A stretch of 64,000 bases of DNA from Prorocentrum cordatum. Lineage: Eukaryota. The DNA is taken from contig CAUYUJ010000192.1 of the NCBI GenBank assembly GCA_963575745.1, positions 310,001 to 374,000 on the forward strand, written 5' to 3'. Below are positions 32,817 through 44,850 of this stretch, piece by piece. Under the pieces are notes generated by a model. The model worked only from the letters and a program-made list of their open reading frames with translations. It made no database searches and was not told the origin of the DNA. The position numbers and the translations under genes were made by a program. Within the stretch, counting starts at the first letter, position 1. The number at the start of each line of letters is the position of its first letter.

Positions 32817-34879
32817 TGTGTGTGTGTGTGCGTGTGTGCGTGTGTGTGTGTGTTTGTTTCAAAAACTTCAGGATCACGAGTATCGAAGAAGTCCTCCGAA
32901 ACGCCAGGCCCGCCCCATCGACACACCTCGGGGTTGCGAGTGAGAGGGATGAGTTACACACATAAGTCCGAGGGGATGCGGCGGCGAGCTGCCCACGGCA
33001 CTCGCATGCACATCTGGCGGCGCGCACAAGGGGGGGCAGGGGCAGGGGGGGAGGCTTCTTAGAGGCACCCCTGCCTCTTGGAGGGCGCGGGCCTCGCGTC
33101 TCTAGACGAGGCCCGCGCCTTCTTCTAAAAAGCAGGGGTGCTTCTGGGAGGCCTCCCCCTTTCCCCCACAGACCCCCTTGATTGCGAGGCCGAGCATGAC
33201 ACGGCGCTTGAAGTTGGGGCGCTGCAAAAGCCTAGGGTTAGGTCGGGCGTGTCCCACTACAAGCGGATTTTGGACGAAAAGTAACAGATACTCAACAGCA
33301 ATGCTCCGACATAGTCCAGAAATAAGCAAAACATCTTCCCCCGACTATTTGTTTGATTATCTGTGAACATTCCCCCTGTAGAGGGACGGGCCCGACTTAG
33401 GCCTGAGGCGCAGTCAGGATGCGTTTCTCGGCCGCGTCGACCGGGTGCTGCTAGAACTGCCCCTGGCCCAAGGTGAGGGAGGGAGGGAGGGAGGGAGGGA
33501 CCCCCGGGGAGGCCCAGGCGGTCTCCAGAGCACCCCTCGCGAGGCCCCGAAGGCCGCAGGGGCTCCAACATGGAGCGAAAAGCTTGGAGCAGAGACCGAC
33601 CGTCCCGGCATGTTCCTACAGTCCTGCCACGAAATGGTCCTAGAACCCCAAAAATATTCGAAGAACAGAAGCAATGTCCTCAGAACAGAAGCCCGATATG
33701 CTGAAACGAGACACTCTTCGACCAGAGATGTTCGAAGAGCATCTCGTGCAAACCACCGAAAAAGGTTCTCAGAACGCTGCTTGGCAGGGCTCCAGGCGAG
33801 CCAGGAGGAGGAGGAGGAGGAGGAGGAGGAGGAGAAGGAGGAGGAGGAGGAGGAGGGGGAGAAGGAGGAGGAGGGGGAGAAGGAGGAGGAGGAGGAGGAG
33901 GAGGAGGAGGAGGAGGAGGGGGAGGAGGAGGAGGGGGAGGAGGAGGAGGAGGGGGAGGAGGGGGAAGAGGAGGAGGAGGACGCCTCGCCGCTGCCTGGAA
34001 GCTGGGGGGGGCACCCTGGGCCGGGGGCACCTCCAGCAGCGCCCCGCGTCGAGGCGGGTGCGGGAAGCCTGCGGGGTGCCCGCGCCCCGCCGCTCCAGAG
34101 CCTCGGGCGGGAGCGGCTGAAGGGGCCCAAGGACACACAAATAAATACACACAAATAAAAAGATTCCCCATGTTTTCCAATATTTTCTGGTTTTCTGTCT
34201 TCCCCCCCACTGCCCATATTTTACCATATTTTCTAGGGAATCGAGGATTAATTGTGTCTGTGTTTTTTCCCCTCTTGAAGCTTGCGGGGTGCCCGCGCCC
34301 CGCCGCTCCAGAGCCTCGGGCGGGAGCGACGGCCTGGCTGGTCGAGCCTGGCATGCGGATCCTGTCCGAGCGCGCCCTCGTCGATCCCGCCGAGGCCTTT
34401 TGGTTGGCTCGGGCTGGCAGAGCTCGCCCGCGCTCTCCAAAGGGCCCGCCGAGGGCCCCTCACCAGCCTGGAACATACAGATCCCTATCCCTATGCTGGG
34501 CCTCCTCATCACGATGCCAATCTTGGGGATTCCCTCATTTTTTGAAGGCTAATCCCTAAGATTGTCATCGCCTTTTGGCGTGCCAATCTTAGGGATAGGG
34601 ATACGTTCGAGGCTGGTAAGACCTCCTGGAGGCGACTCTCCTCGTGCTTGCCCCCCCTGCCTGTGCTGACTGCCGACGTCGTGGCACGGCGGTCGAAATC
34701 GTCCGCCACGTATAAAGGGGAACTGGGACACACAAATAAATACACACAAATAAAACAATCCCCCATATTTCCACATATTTTCTGGGTTTTTGTCTTCCCC
34801 CCCATTTTCCATATTTTCCCATATTTTCTGGGAACCGCCGATTAATTGTGTCTGTGTGATTCTTTCCCTCCTGAACGTA

Positions 34880-35430
34880 GTTGGAGTCGCCCCAATACCG
34901 TCAAAACCAACGCGCGCGGCTTGACCGCACGGGCCAGCAACGCGCGCAGGCAGCCTCGTAATTCCGGTGAGGAGGGCGACCGGCCTCCGCGTCAGACAAG
35001 ACGGAACCGATCGTGGCCGTGCGGGCGGGCGCCCGTCGGGCAGTGAGCCACGACGAGGCCCAGCGCACCTTAAGGTGCCCTCTCGATGCGAGCTGTGTGC
35101 CCTCCCGCCGAGGATCACCCCCCAAGCCGGGTTCGGGCCGGAGCGGGCCAACAGCTCGTCTGCCGTGTGGAGTCCGACGCCCGCGTGTCGCGTGGTGGCC
35201 CCAGGGGGCCACCATGCTGCGGCGCCCACCGGAAAGCACCAGACGCTGTGAGTCCCTGCCGTGCCGTGGGCCTCCGTGATCGTGACCGGCTAGCGCGGCT
35301 GAGCAACGACTGCACGTACTCGCAGTGGGCACGTCATGGCGGCCGGGTGCCTGCGCGAAGAAGGCCTGCGCGTTCCAGAGGGCGACATGTACGCCCCCGC
35401 GGAACTGCCCGAACCTGCTCGCGGGGTCAG
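34880..35430 (-). pseudogene. LINE ORF2 AP-endonuclease N-terminal fragment
   Basis: GGVHVALWNAQAFFA (xWN motif), then after a frameshift ITEAHG..WWPPGATTRHAGVGL..GRA, matching the APE xETH, GVGI and GR motifs. Confidence 0.65.
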
Positions 35431-35466
35431 CCGTGGGCAGTGGGGGCGAGGAGGTGCGAACCGGCG

Positions 35467-35467
<1 letters not shown>

Positions 35468-35545
<78 letters not shown>

Positions 35546-35549
35546 AGTC
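35468..35549. repeat. (GTC)n microsatellite
   Basis: Near-perfect trinucleotide run. Confidence 0.95.
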
Positions 35550-36569
35550 GCGTGGATCGCGCCCAAGGCGCGGAGAAAACGTAGAGAGTGGAAGAAGCTG
35601 TGCGGAGTGTCCGTGTCGGGGACGCCCAGGAGGCGACGTCACGCATCACTGCCAGGGAGAAGAGGGAGAAGGGGTGGAAGAAGTCGGTCGGGTGGAAAAA
35701 GGCTGCCGTGGGCGCGCACCGCGAGCAAATTCGTGGCGGCCCAACCCCGCTCGGCGCCGCAGCTGCGGTGCGGAGGGAGAAGACGACCTCCAGCATCCAA
35801 CACCCGAGATGGTCCCTCGCGAAGCCTCGAGTTGCGCCCCAGCCCTCCAGCTCGGACACGCCCTGCCCTGTAGCGAGGCGAAGGCGGGCTAGGCTCTCGC
35901 CCCCTACAATTCCCCGCCTGGTCAACGGCGTCCATCGCATCGTTCTGCACCGCGAGCTGGGTCGCATGGCCCCCGACACGGAGGAACTGGCCGTGGAGTC
36001 TTGCGTACAGCCGGCGGACCTCCTGCTTGCTGCGGAGGCGGACACGCCCAGAGCCAGCACCGAAAGAATACACAGGACATAGGCAACGAGTACGTACACA
36101 AAAACAGACGTCAATGACAAATATCAAGAGCAAACACCAGTAGCAACAATAAGCAAGCCGTACACCAACATACGTCCATCCACAACGCACATCAATCAAA
36201 ACGTATTGAAACATAAAATCAACCCGACTCATACATCAAGAGCAGGCATCGGGGAAATGCGTCAGCGACATAAACCAGAAACCAGCATCACACGTTATGA
36301 ACGCAAACCTTGATGTGGTGACGCTACCCGGTGGGGATCGCTCGGAGCAGATGCTTGTTGTGCATCGCACTATACGCGATATAAGATGGGCGAATACATA
36401 CGCCTTACAGCCTCAATCGATCTATATGTATGTACGTTTATACGGATGAAAGCACGAGTATATATAATGGTTTTACATGAATACAGAATCGATATGCAAA
36501 TATACATGTATGTATGCAACTACAGATAGGTTAATGTGTTCATGTGTGCCATCTATATATATATACACA

Positions 36570-36596
36570 CTAGAACCACTCGCGCGCTTCGCGCGC
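36570..36596 (-). mobile_element. Helitron 3' terminus (hairpin + CTAG|T)
   Basis: Minus strand GCGCGCGAAGCGCGCGAGTGGTTCTAG|T, abutting an AT-rich (TA)n/(CA)n tract. Confidence 0.7.
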
Positions 36597-37755
36597 TCTG
36601 AGTGTAGCCCAATCCATGGCGCTGTGATGGCACGAAGCTCGGGGTTTGCGGCCGACTCGCTGTCTGAGAAAGGTTGCGACCGACCTGGGCCAGTTATAGA
36701 ATGTCGCAGGGCTTTTTTGAACTGGCTTCGAAACTGTTTAGGTGCTGTCTTGGGGGGGGCAGGTGCCTTTGGCCCAAATGACGCCGTCCAGGGTTGCCAG
36801 ATCGTTGTCACGACGCAAGTCTTAGCTTGCGGGTTTGTCGGAGAGATCGCTGACCAGACTTGGGTCATTGACTCCATTGACTGGCTATCTAAATGTCGAG
36901 GCCGTAGTTTGCTGGTCTTGAGATGTCGCCATATTTTCTTGGCCTGTCTGGTCGAGCACGTGCGGGAGGGGCGAGGAATGGTGGAGGACGGGACAAAACT
37001 GCCTTGAAATACAGCGCACGCGCTGCCACGACAGCTGGCGGAGCACGTGCAGAAGGAATGAAGAATGCCAGCGAACGCAATGCAGACTGCCTTGATACTA
37101 CATACTGCACGCGCTGTCACGCCGGGTGGCGGAACACATGCAGGGAATGCAGCCTTGAGGGAATGAGCCTTGACATTGAATGCAGCCTTGACATTGAATC
37201 CGGAAATACGGAAGAATGAGGGCACGCAGCCTTGACATTGAATGCATGCGCTGTCACGCCAGCTGGCGGAGCGCGTGCAAAAATGCCTCCTGGTCGCAAA
37301 GGCAGGGCCTCTGCCTCAAATTCGATGACTTTGGAATCATCACTGAAAAGCTTTCGAGCCACCTCCAATTTTCGATCGGCATCCTTCGCGCCTTCTGGAC
37401 GGACGCATGCTGGAGGTGCGGTCTTGTGTGTCTTGGGGGCAGTTTTAGAACCCTGTTAGGGGGCTTGCACAGTCATCTTGGAAGTCTCTTGGGGACTTTT
37501 TTTTTGCCTCTTGGGCTGTCCTCGGGCCCTCCTGGGGCCGTGCCGAAGCCGTCTTGGGCCCATCTCGTGCAGTCTTGGAACCGTCTTGGGCCGTCGGCAG
37601 CCAGGGAGAGCGAAAACGCAAAAATCCTTCGGGCCTCTTTGGGGTGCGCCGGGTACTCTCCTGGGGTGTCCTGGGGACCCTTGCGCCGTGCTGCGGCCAT
37701 CCTGAGCGCTCTTGGTGCCCGTGTGGGCCATCTTCGGTTCATGTTGGTTCCTCTT

Positions 37756-37926
37756 TCGGCGGTGGACAAACCTCCCTTTAGTAAACCTCCCCTTAGTGAA
37801 AACGGCCTGGGACCGAAACGGACGGACCTGGACCCGCAAAAATGACGGCCGCGACGCCCTCTCGCGAACCGAAAACGGCCAATTCCTTAATCGACGTGTC
37901 AGGGTAGGAGGTCTATCCACCTCCGA
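37756..37926. mobile_element. MITE family B1 (5-bp TSD CTCTT)
   Basis: TCGGCGGTGGACAAACCTCC / GGAGGTCTATCCACCTCCGA; CTCTT on both sides; duplicated at 45211-45381. Confidence 0.85.
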
Positions 37927-38702
37927 CTCTTAGGTGGTCTCGGGGGTATGTTCGGCTGTCTTGGAAGTCGATTGGGCCGACCGGAGGCCTCTCGGAGGCC
38001 CCGGCGAGGGGGCATCGAAGAAAGGGGCGAGATGGCAGCGAGGTGCCGGGCCTCTGGGCGAGGATCGAAGTCCGAGGCTGTTTTGTCTTCGTGGGTTCTC
38101 GTCGTCGCCGCGGCTGGACGCATCTCGAAGCGACGTGTTTGTCCTTCCGGGGAGGTGCAGGACGAGGCCGGGGAGGGAGGTGAGGAGGCAGAAGCATCAA
38201 TAGCCGCTGGAGCAACAGTCCTTTCGGCGTCTCGGGAATCTCTGTGGGCCGTCTTGAGCGCACACCACCGTCCGCACTCAGGATCCTTGGTGTTTGGAAC
38301 TCGGTACGCGAGACGACACAAGAGCCAGACGAAAACCTATGCGTCTAGCGACTCTGGGCCTTCTTGGGTGCCCTCTGCAGGATTTGTGGACCACTTCTCG
38401 CTCTCTCGTGCCGTGCTGGAACTCATTTGGGGCGTCTTTGAAGGCTTTGGCTGTCTTGGGGCCGTGATGGGTCCCTCTTGGAGGGCTCTTGGGGCCCTCT
38501 TGGATCTCTCTTGAAGTCATGTGGGACCCTCTGGGCCTTCTTCGGGCCGTCTTGGAGCGCCCTTCGGCCGTCTTGGAACTCTCTTGGGCCATCTGGGGTG
38601 CTCTTCGGGAGCCGCTTGGGCTGTCTCGGGCCGATTTCTGGGGCCTCATGGCCTGTCTTGGCCCGTCGGAAGCAGGAAACCAGAACATGGAAAACCTCAA
38701 TA

Positions 38703-39897
38703 ACAAGTGGCACGCGTGCCCTGGCTCTTGCACAAAGGTGTCCGAGGCTCAGGGGGGCTGCCCTGGGAAGCCTGGGCGGGGGGGGGCAGAGGGGGGGGGG
38801 CAGGGGGACGAACGACACGACACGACACGACACGAAAATAAAAGTGGCCCAGGGGGGCTACCCTGGGAAGCGTGGACAGGGGGGGGGGGGGGACGAACGA
38901 CACGACGAACGACGAAAATAAAGGGTTCCGTGGCCCAGGGGGGCTACCCTGGGAAGCGTGGACAGGGGGGGGGGGGGCGAGGGGGACGAACGACACGACA
39001 CGACACGAAGATAAAGGTGTCCGAGGCCCAGGGGGGCTGCCCTGGGAAGCCTGGAGGGGGGGGGGCCGGAGGAAAGGCAGGGGGACGAACGACACGACAC
39101 GACACGAAAATAAAGGTGTCCGAGGCCCAGGGGGGGGCTGCCCTGGGAAGCCTGGAGGGGGGGGGGGCAGGGGGGGGGCAGGGGGACGAACGACACGACA
39201 CGACACGAAAATAAAGGTGTCCGGCCCAGGGGGGGCTGCCCTGGGAAGCCTGGAGGTCCGAGGCCCAGGATGGGGCTTGCTGCCTGGAGGGGGGGGGGGC
39301 AGGGGGGGGGCAGGGGGACGACACGACACGACACGAAAATAAAGGTGTCCGAGGCCCAGGGGGGGGCTGCCCTGGGAAGCCTGGAGGAGGGGGGGCAGGG
39401 GGACGAACGACACGACACGACACGACACGAAAACAAGTGGCACGCGTGCCCTGGCTCTTGCACAAAGGAGTTGCGAAGGACAGGAGGCCCCCGCCTCCTT
39501 CTTCCAGGAGGGGTTTACGAGGAGCCAGGAAGAAAGCGGAGGAGGAGGAGGAGGAGGAGGACGACGACGACGATTTCTGGGCCTGGCCTGGTTTCCACGA
39601 ACCACGAACGACCACGACGAAAATACAGGGTTCCGTGGCCCAGGGGGGCTGCCCTGGGAAGCCTGGACGGAGGGGTGCTCCCAAGAGTTTCCACGGGGGG
39701 TGTCCCAGGAACGAAGGACGACGACGAAAATAAAGGGTTCCGTGGCCCAGGGGGGCTGCCCTGGGAACCCTGGACGGAGGAGGGCTCCCAAGGGCTCCCA
39801 CGGGGGGGGGGCCCAGGGGAGCACGGAGGGGAGGGTTCCGTGGCCCAGGGGGGCTGCATAAAGATGTCCGAGCTCTAGAGCACAGCTGTGCAAGAGA
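38703..39897 (-). mobile_element. Non-autonomous Helentron/DINE-1-like element, family G
   Basis: subTIR TGTGCAAGAG (39887-39896) / CTCTTGCACA (38725-38734); 12-bp palindrome GGCACGCGTGCC (38709-38720); central ~100-bp tandem units; absent from duplication copy B. Confidence 0.8.
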
Positions 39898-40299
39898 ACA
39901 AGAGAAATAATTGTTTCGCCTCCTGAGAGCTTCGTGGGACTCCCTTTGAGGGCCTCTCGGCCGTCTTGATGCCCGCTGGGGCTGTCTTGAAGTCATGCTG
40001 GGCTATTTTGGAACGCTCTTGCGCGGCCGCTGGCTCTCTTGGAACGCTTTGGGCCGTCGTGGAGCCCTCTTGGACGTCTCTTGGAGCGTCCTTGGTCGTC
40101 TCTTCGGCGCTTTATGAAGCCTATTGGGCCGCCTTGGGGCGTTTTTGAAGTCCATTGGGCTGTCTTGGGGGCGATCCTCGGAGCCTCTCGGGGCGAGTTG
40201 CCACGTCGGGAAGCGCCACATGCGGAACCGCCAAAGTTGTTCAAACACCCATGGAACATACATGTGTGTTGTGGCCTCGTCGAGCTCGGTTGAGGGATC

Positions 40300-41560
40300 T
40301 CTTGGAAACCTCTTGGGTATCTCGGGGAGCCTCTTGGGCCCTCTGGAGGCCGTCTTGGGCGGCTTGGATCGGAGACGCCTACGGCGTATCACCGCCGCCC
40401 CCTGCCTTTGTGGACGCGCCTACGTGGCCGAAAGTTCAGGCCAGACCTGCCAAGCTATCGGACCATGTGTTCCCCGAATCGGTTTAGAAAGCCTTCGGGG
40501 AACACGTGGGCCTCTTGGAGGTCATCTTGGCCGCCTGGAGGCCATTTTGACCCGTTCGGGCCTTCTTGGGGGACGTCTTGGAGGGCTCTTGGGCCGTCTT
40601 GGAGGCCATCTTGAGCGTCTTGGAGGCCCCTTCGGCCGTCTTGGGGGCATCTTGGGACCGTCTTGGGCCTCTTGGGCGATCTTTGGGGGCCGTCTTGGGC
40701 CGTCGGAAGAAAGACAAAAAAACACATGCCACAATCCTTCAACAACTCATGGGACGTCAATGATTTTGGCCTTTTTCGTGCCTTCCTGGAGGCCTTCTTG
40801 GAGGCCTCTTGGGCCGTCGTGGGCCAACTTAGTGACATCTTCGGCCGCCTTGGTGGGCCTCTGGCCCGTCCGACGCCGTCGGAAGATGTTTTGGGAGCCT
40901 CTCTGAGCCGACTTGGGGCCCTCTTGGAATGCTCCAGGGCCGTCTTGGAGACCATCTTGGGCGTCTTGCAAGCCTCCTGGGCCGTCTTGGGGGCCTCTTG
41001 GGGCCGTCTTGGGGGCCTCTTGGGCCGTTCTGGGGCCATCTTGGAGGCCTCGTGGGCGATCCTTGGGCGACCTTTGGGTGCTCTTGGGCCGTATCGGGCC
41101 GTCGGAAGGCCGAAACGAAGCAAATGTGAAACTCCTTAGAAAACCTATGGAACATCTGTGTGTTTGGCATTTGTTCGTGCCGTCCTGGAGGTCCTCTTGG
41201 AGGCCACTTGGGCCGCCTTGGGCCAGCTGCGAGCCAACTTCGGCCATCTTGGTGGGCTCCTGGCCCGTCTGACGCCGTCGGAAGTCGTCTTGGGGGCCTC
41301 TCTGGGCCGACTTGGGGCCCTCTTGGGGTGCTCCAGGGCTGTCTTGGAGGCCATTTTGGGCGTCTTGGAGGCCTCTTGGGTCGTCTTTGTGCCCTCTTGG
41401 GGCCGTCTGGGGGGCCTCTTGGGCAGTCCTGAGGCCATCTGGTGGCCATTGGGCGCTGTGGGGGCGATCTTGGGGGCCTCGTGGGCCGTCTTGGGTCATC
41501 GGAAAGCCGAGAAGAAGCGAATGCGACAATCCTTTAAAAACCTAGGGAAAGTCAATGAGT
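40300..41560 (-). repeat. Inverted GGCCCAAGA-type repeat elements (continue at 42716-43990)
   Basis: TCTTGGGCC/TCTTGGAGGCC units with shared non-repetitive blocks (40368-40530 resembles 43061-43230). Confidence 0.8.
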
Positions 41561-41886
41561 TCGGCCTCTTCGCAGAAGGGGTCTCCTTACTGCGATCCGA
41601 GCGGCGCCAGAGCACCGCTTCCCTCGGATCCTGGAGTCCACGCCGAGCAGCTACCCTATACAGATCCTAGGCTGCGGGGACGTCGGGAGAAGGGAGGTAA
41701 GCAGGATGTAGGTTTTTTCGTGTGAGAGAGCGTGAGAGAGAAAGGTACGCAACTTTGATCGCTGAGCTGGCGCAGAGCGATTGCGAACGTCAGGCGGGGA
41801 GGCATCTCAAAAAAGCATGCGTGACTCGGCGAGTTCTGTGTCCTCTGGTCCTGATAGGCCTGAGCTGCTGCCACAGGCGTACACGT

Positions 41887-42600
41887 TCACTCGCGCAGCA
41901 GATCTTGCTCGTCCTCCACGAGCACTGGCTGGTTGGACGCGCGGCGGCGGGAGACGCCGACGACCGCACCCACAGCGGCGAGAGCGGACACCAATCCGAT
42001 CGGCACTGACACCGCAACGGACGTCTTGTCGAGCAGCGAGGTCGGCTCCTCCTCCGGAGCGGCATCGTACAAACGAAGCTTCGTTGGGCAAGTGTTCGTG
42101 CTGGCGGCGCCATTGCAGTCGGGGCACTCGGCAACGAGGATGTCCCGCGGAGAGTTCGCGGCCGCCACGTTGTTGTTGGAGCCGAAGCCCACAGTGCTTT
42201 GCTGGCACCAATACAGGAACCTCTCGAGGCAGGTCATGGACTGGCAAGTGACGGTCTTGACGCAGATGTGGTGGTACTCCTCGCTTGACGTACTTACTCC
42301 CGTTGTACATGGAGTATAGTAGTACTGGTTGTTGTCGAAATCGGCGGTGGTGCACCCGCATGGGATTTCTTGACTGACTCCAACACCTGTTCCTACAAAC
42401 GTGGCCCCCGCAGTCTGCTGGACATACTGCCTGCACTGGGCCTCCGTCAGATCTTGCCACTCGCCGGCTGTAGCCATTTGCGCGCATGTAGGATTGTCTC
42501 CGACTGTGCCCGCGACAAGCGGCGTAACTGCTTGGTATTCCTGGCATTTCACGGTAGTCAAGAGGCCCGCGAGCGAAAGAGCTCTCGCCATGAATGTCAT
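41887..42600 (-). CDS. Intronless 237-aa Cys-rich type I membrane/surface protein (retrogene)
   Basis: Open, non-repetitive ORF from the ATG at 42600: signal-peptide-like MTFMARALSLAGLLTTVKC, Cys/Thr-rich ectodomain, TM VAVSVPIGLVSALAAVGAVVGV, RRR stop-transfer and acidic tail ending DEQDLLRE. Relic spliced leaders lie ~60-110 nt upstream. Confidence 0.85.
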   Translation of the reverse strand: MTFMARALSLAGLLTTVKCQEYQAVTPLVAGTVGDNPTCAQMATAGEWQDLTEAQCRQYVQQTAGATFVGTGVGVSQEIPCGCTTADFDNNQYYYTPCTTGVSTSSEEYHHICVKTVTCQSMTCLERFLYWCQQSTVGFGSNNNVAAANSPRDILVAECPDCNGAASTNTCPTKLRLYDAAPEEEPTSLLDKTSVAVSVPIGLVSALAAVGAVVGVSRRRASNQPVLVEDEQDLLRE

Positions 42601-42658
42601 GATTGCGCGAAGAGAGAAGCGCGGAGAGGTAAAGCGGGATATAGAAAATGAAGCCTGC

Positions 42659-42712
42659 CTCGAGCAAATAAGCTTAAGCCAAACTGTAGCCCTGAGCAAA
42701 ACTGGCTACGGA
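42659..42712 (-). other. Stacked relic dinoflagellate spliced leaders
   Basis: TCCGTAGCCAGTTTTGCTCAGG (19/22 to the dinoflagellate SL), then ACAGTTTGGCTTAAG (12/15 to the SL 3' part), then CTTATTTGCTCGAG (weaker). Confidence 0.85.
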
Positions 42713-44850
42713 AGAACTCTTGGAGGCCTCTTGGGCCGTCTTGGAGGCCTCTGGGGGGCCTCTGGGACCGTCGTCGGCCGTCTTGAACTCTCTTGGGCTG
42801 TATGGGAGGCCGTCTTGGACCATCTTGGGCGGATTTGGAGGCCATCTTGGACCATCTTGGAGGCCATCTTGGGCCAACGTGGCCATCTTGGAGACCGTCT
42901 TGGGCCATCTTGAACGAACAATTAACATTGCGGGCGTTCCGGGTGGCCGGTGGGACGGGCCGAAGCCCCAAGGGGAGTTCTTTTGGAAAAAGAACCAAAA
43001 CCAAGACCGAGAGGATCCAGCACGCCAGGCACCCCTGCGATGAATCGACAGGGGGCGGCGGATCGAAGACGCCTACGGCGAATCACCGCCGCCCCCTGCC
43101 TTTTTGGAAGCGCCTATGTGGCCGAACGTTGAGGCCAGACCTGCCAAGCTATCGGACCACGTGTTCCCCGAATCGGTTTGGAAAGCCTTCGGGGAACACG
43201 TGGGCATCTTGAAGGTCATCTTGGCCGTCTTGGAGGCCTCTTGGGCAAGCTTTGGGCGATCTTTGGGGCTTTTTGGGCCGTCTCGGGCCAGCTTCGAGCC
43301 AACTTCGGCCATCTTGGTGGGTTCCTGGCACGTCTGAAGCCGTCGGAAGCCGTTTGGGGGGCCTCTATGGGCCGACTTGGGGCCCGCTTGGAATGCTCCA
43401 GGGCCGTCTTGGAGGCCATCTTGGGCGTCTGGGAGGCCATCTTGGGCGTGTTGGAGGCCTCTTGGGCCCTCTTGGGGCCCTCTAGGGGCCATCTTGGAGG
43501 CCACTTGGGCCATCATGGGGCTCTCTTGGGGGCCTCTTGGGCGATCTTGGGGGCTTCTTGGGCCGTCTTGAGCCGTCGGAGAGCCGAAAAGGCGCAAATG
43601 CCAAAATCCTTCAAAAACCAAGGGAAAATCAATGATTTTGGCCTCTTCGGACTCTCCTGGAGGACCTCTTGGAGGCCTCTTGGGCCGTCTGGGAGGCCTC
43701 TGGGGGGCCTCTTGGGCCGTCTTGGGCCGTCTTGGACTCTCTTGGGCCGTTTTGGAGGCCGTCTTGGACCGTCTTGGAGGCATCATAAGGCCATCTTAGC
43801 CGTCTTAGAGACCATCCTGGCCGTCTTAGAGGCATCTTGGAGGCCATCTTGGAACCGTCTGGGGCAGGAAATTGGGGAATTGAGCTCCTGGGCATCCTTT
43901 CCGGGTGGCCGGCGGGACGGGCCGAAGCCCACTGGGGAGTTCTTTTAGAAAAAGAACCAAAACCAAAACCGATAAAATCTAACACGCCAGGCACCCCTGC
44001 AAGCAGGGGGCGGCGGACCATTTAGTGGCTTTCGGCCCATCCCGCCACCGTGCCTGTGTTGTGGATGAGAGGCCTCTTGGAAATTCGTTTGGAATTCGTG
44101 GGAGGCTTCCCCGGGGCCTCTTGAAGGAAGTTTTGGAGGTCTCTTGGGGGCCGTTCGGGGTGCTCTTGGGGCGTCTTTTCGGGCATATTTGCGGCCTCGT
44201 GGGGCCTCTAGGGGACCTCTAGGGGGCACTTTGGCGCGAGCCTTGAACTGAAGTCTCAGAAGCCCTGGACAACGGATAGCCACTGAAAGTGGTGCAGGTT
44301 GGCGAGAGCTGCGCACAGAGGTACCAGAAGCCCTGTGCAACAGAGAGCTACTGACAGAAGTGCGAATTGGTCGAGCCCAACACAAAAGTTTCAGAACCTG
44401 CTGTCGTTCCTTCTTACGACTCCTGGTAAAAACTTGGACGGGACACTTGGGCCTGGGCCTCTCTCTCGCCCACGGCCGACTCGCGCCCCTCGGTCCGACA
44501 AGCGAGGAGCACGGGGAAACGGACAAAACGGGGATCGACCGGAAAGGATGAGGAGGAGGATGGGGAGGGGGAGGGGGAGGGAGGGCAGAGGAAGCAGGCC
44601 CCCCTGGTCTGAGCCCCTTGAAGCTAGCGAACGACCTTCCGGGGAAGTGGCCATCTTTTGTCAGCCGTTGCAGGTCGGAGCAGGACGGCTGGCAAGGATG
44701 CCAGCTCGATTCGGCGAGCAACGGGAGCATGTGACAGCGCGGAGTGGCAACAAAATGCTGTCAGACAGCCGCTGAGATTGGTGCAAAGTGGCACGAACCA
44801 TGCACAGAAGTCTCAGAAGCCCTGTAAGAGAGTCAGCCCTCCGAGCCCCT

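Larger units (their letters stand above)
37396..40102 (+). repeat. Local duplication, copy A (1512 bp plus a 1195-bp insertion)
   Basis: Near-identical to 44851-46362; offset is 7455 before and 6260 after the insertion. Confidence 0.9.

Noticed and set aside
38702..39902. Apparent 6-bp TSD AACAAG around the family G insertion
   Set aside because: The internal duplicate end at 39432 shows AACAAG belongs to the element's own terminus; insertion in TT without a TSD explains the empty site.
42601..42699. N-terminal 33 aa of the 270-aa ORF call
   Set aside because: It begins at a non-ATG codon inside the SL relic; the first ATG after the leaders is at 42600.
40455..43948. Many 'GPKRAPRRP / LGASWAVL' ORFs (also at 541-3472 and 28985-29866)
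   Set aside because: Translations of the 10-11-bp tandem repeat, open in several frames on both strands.
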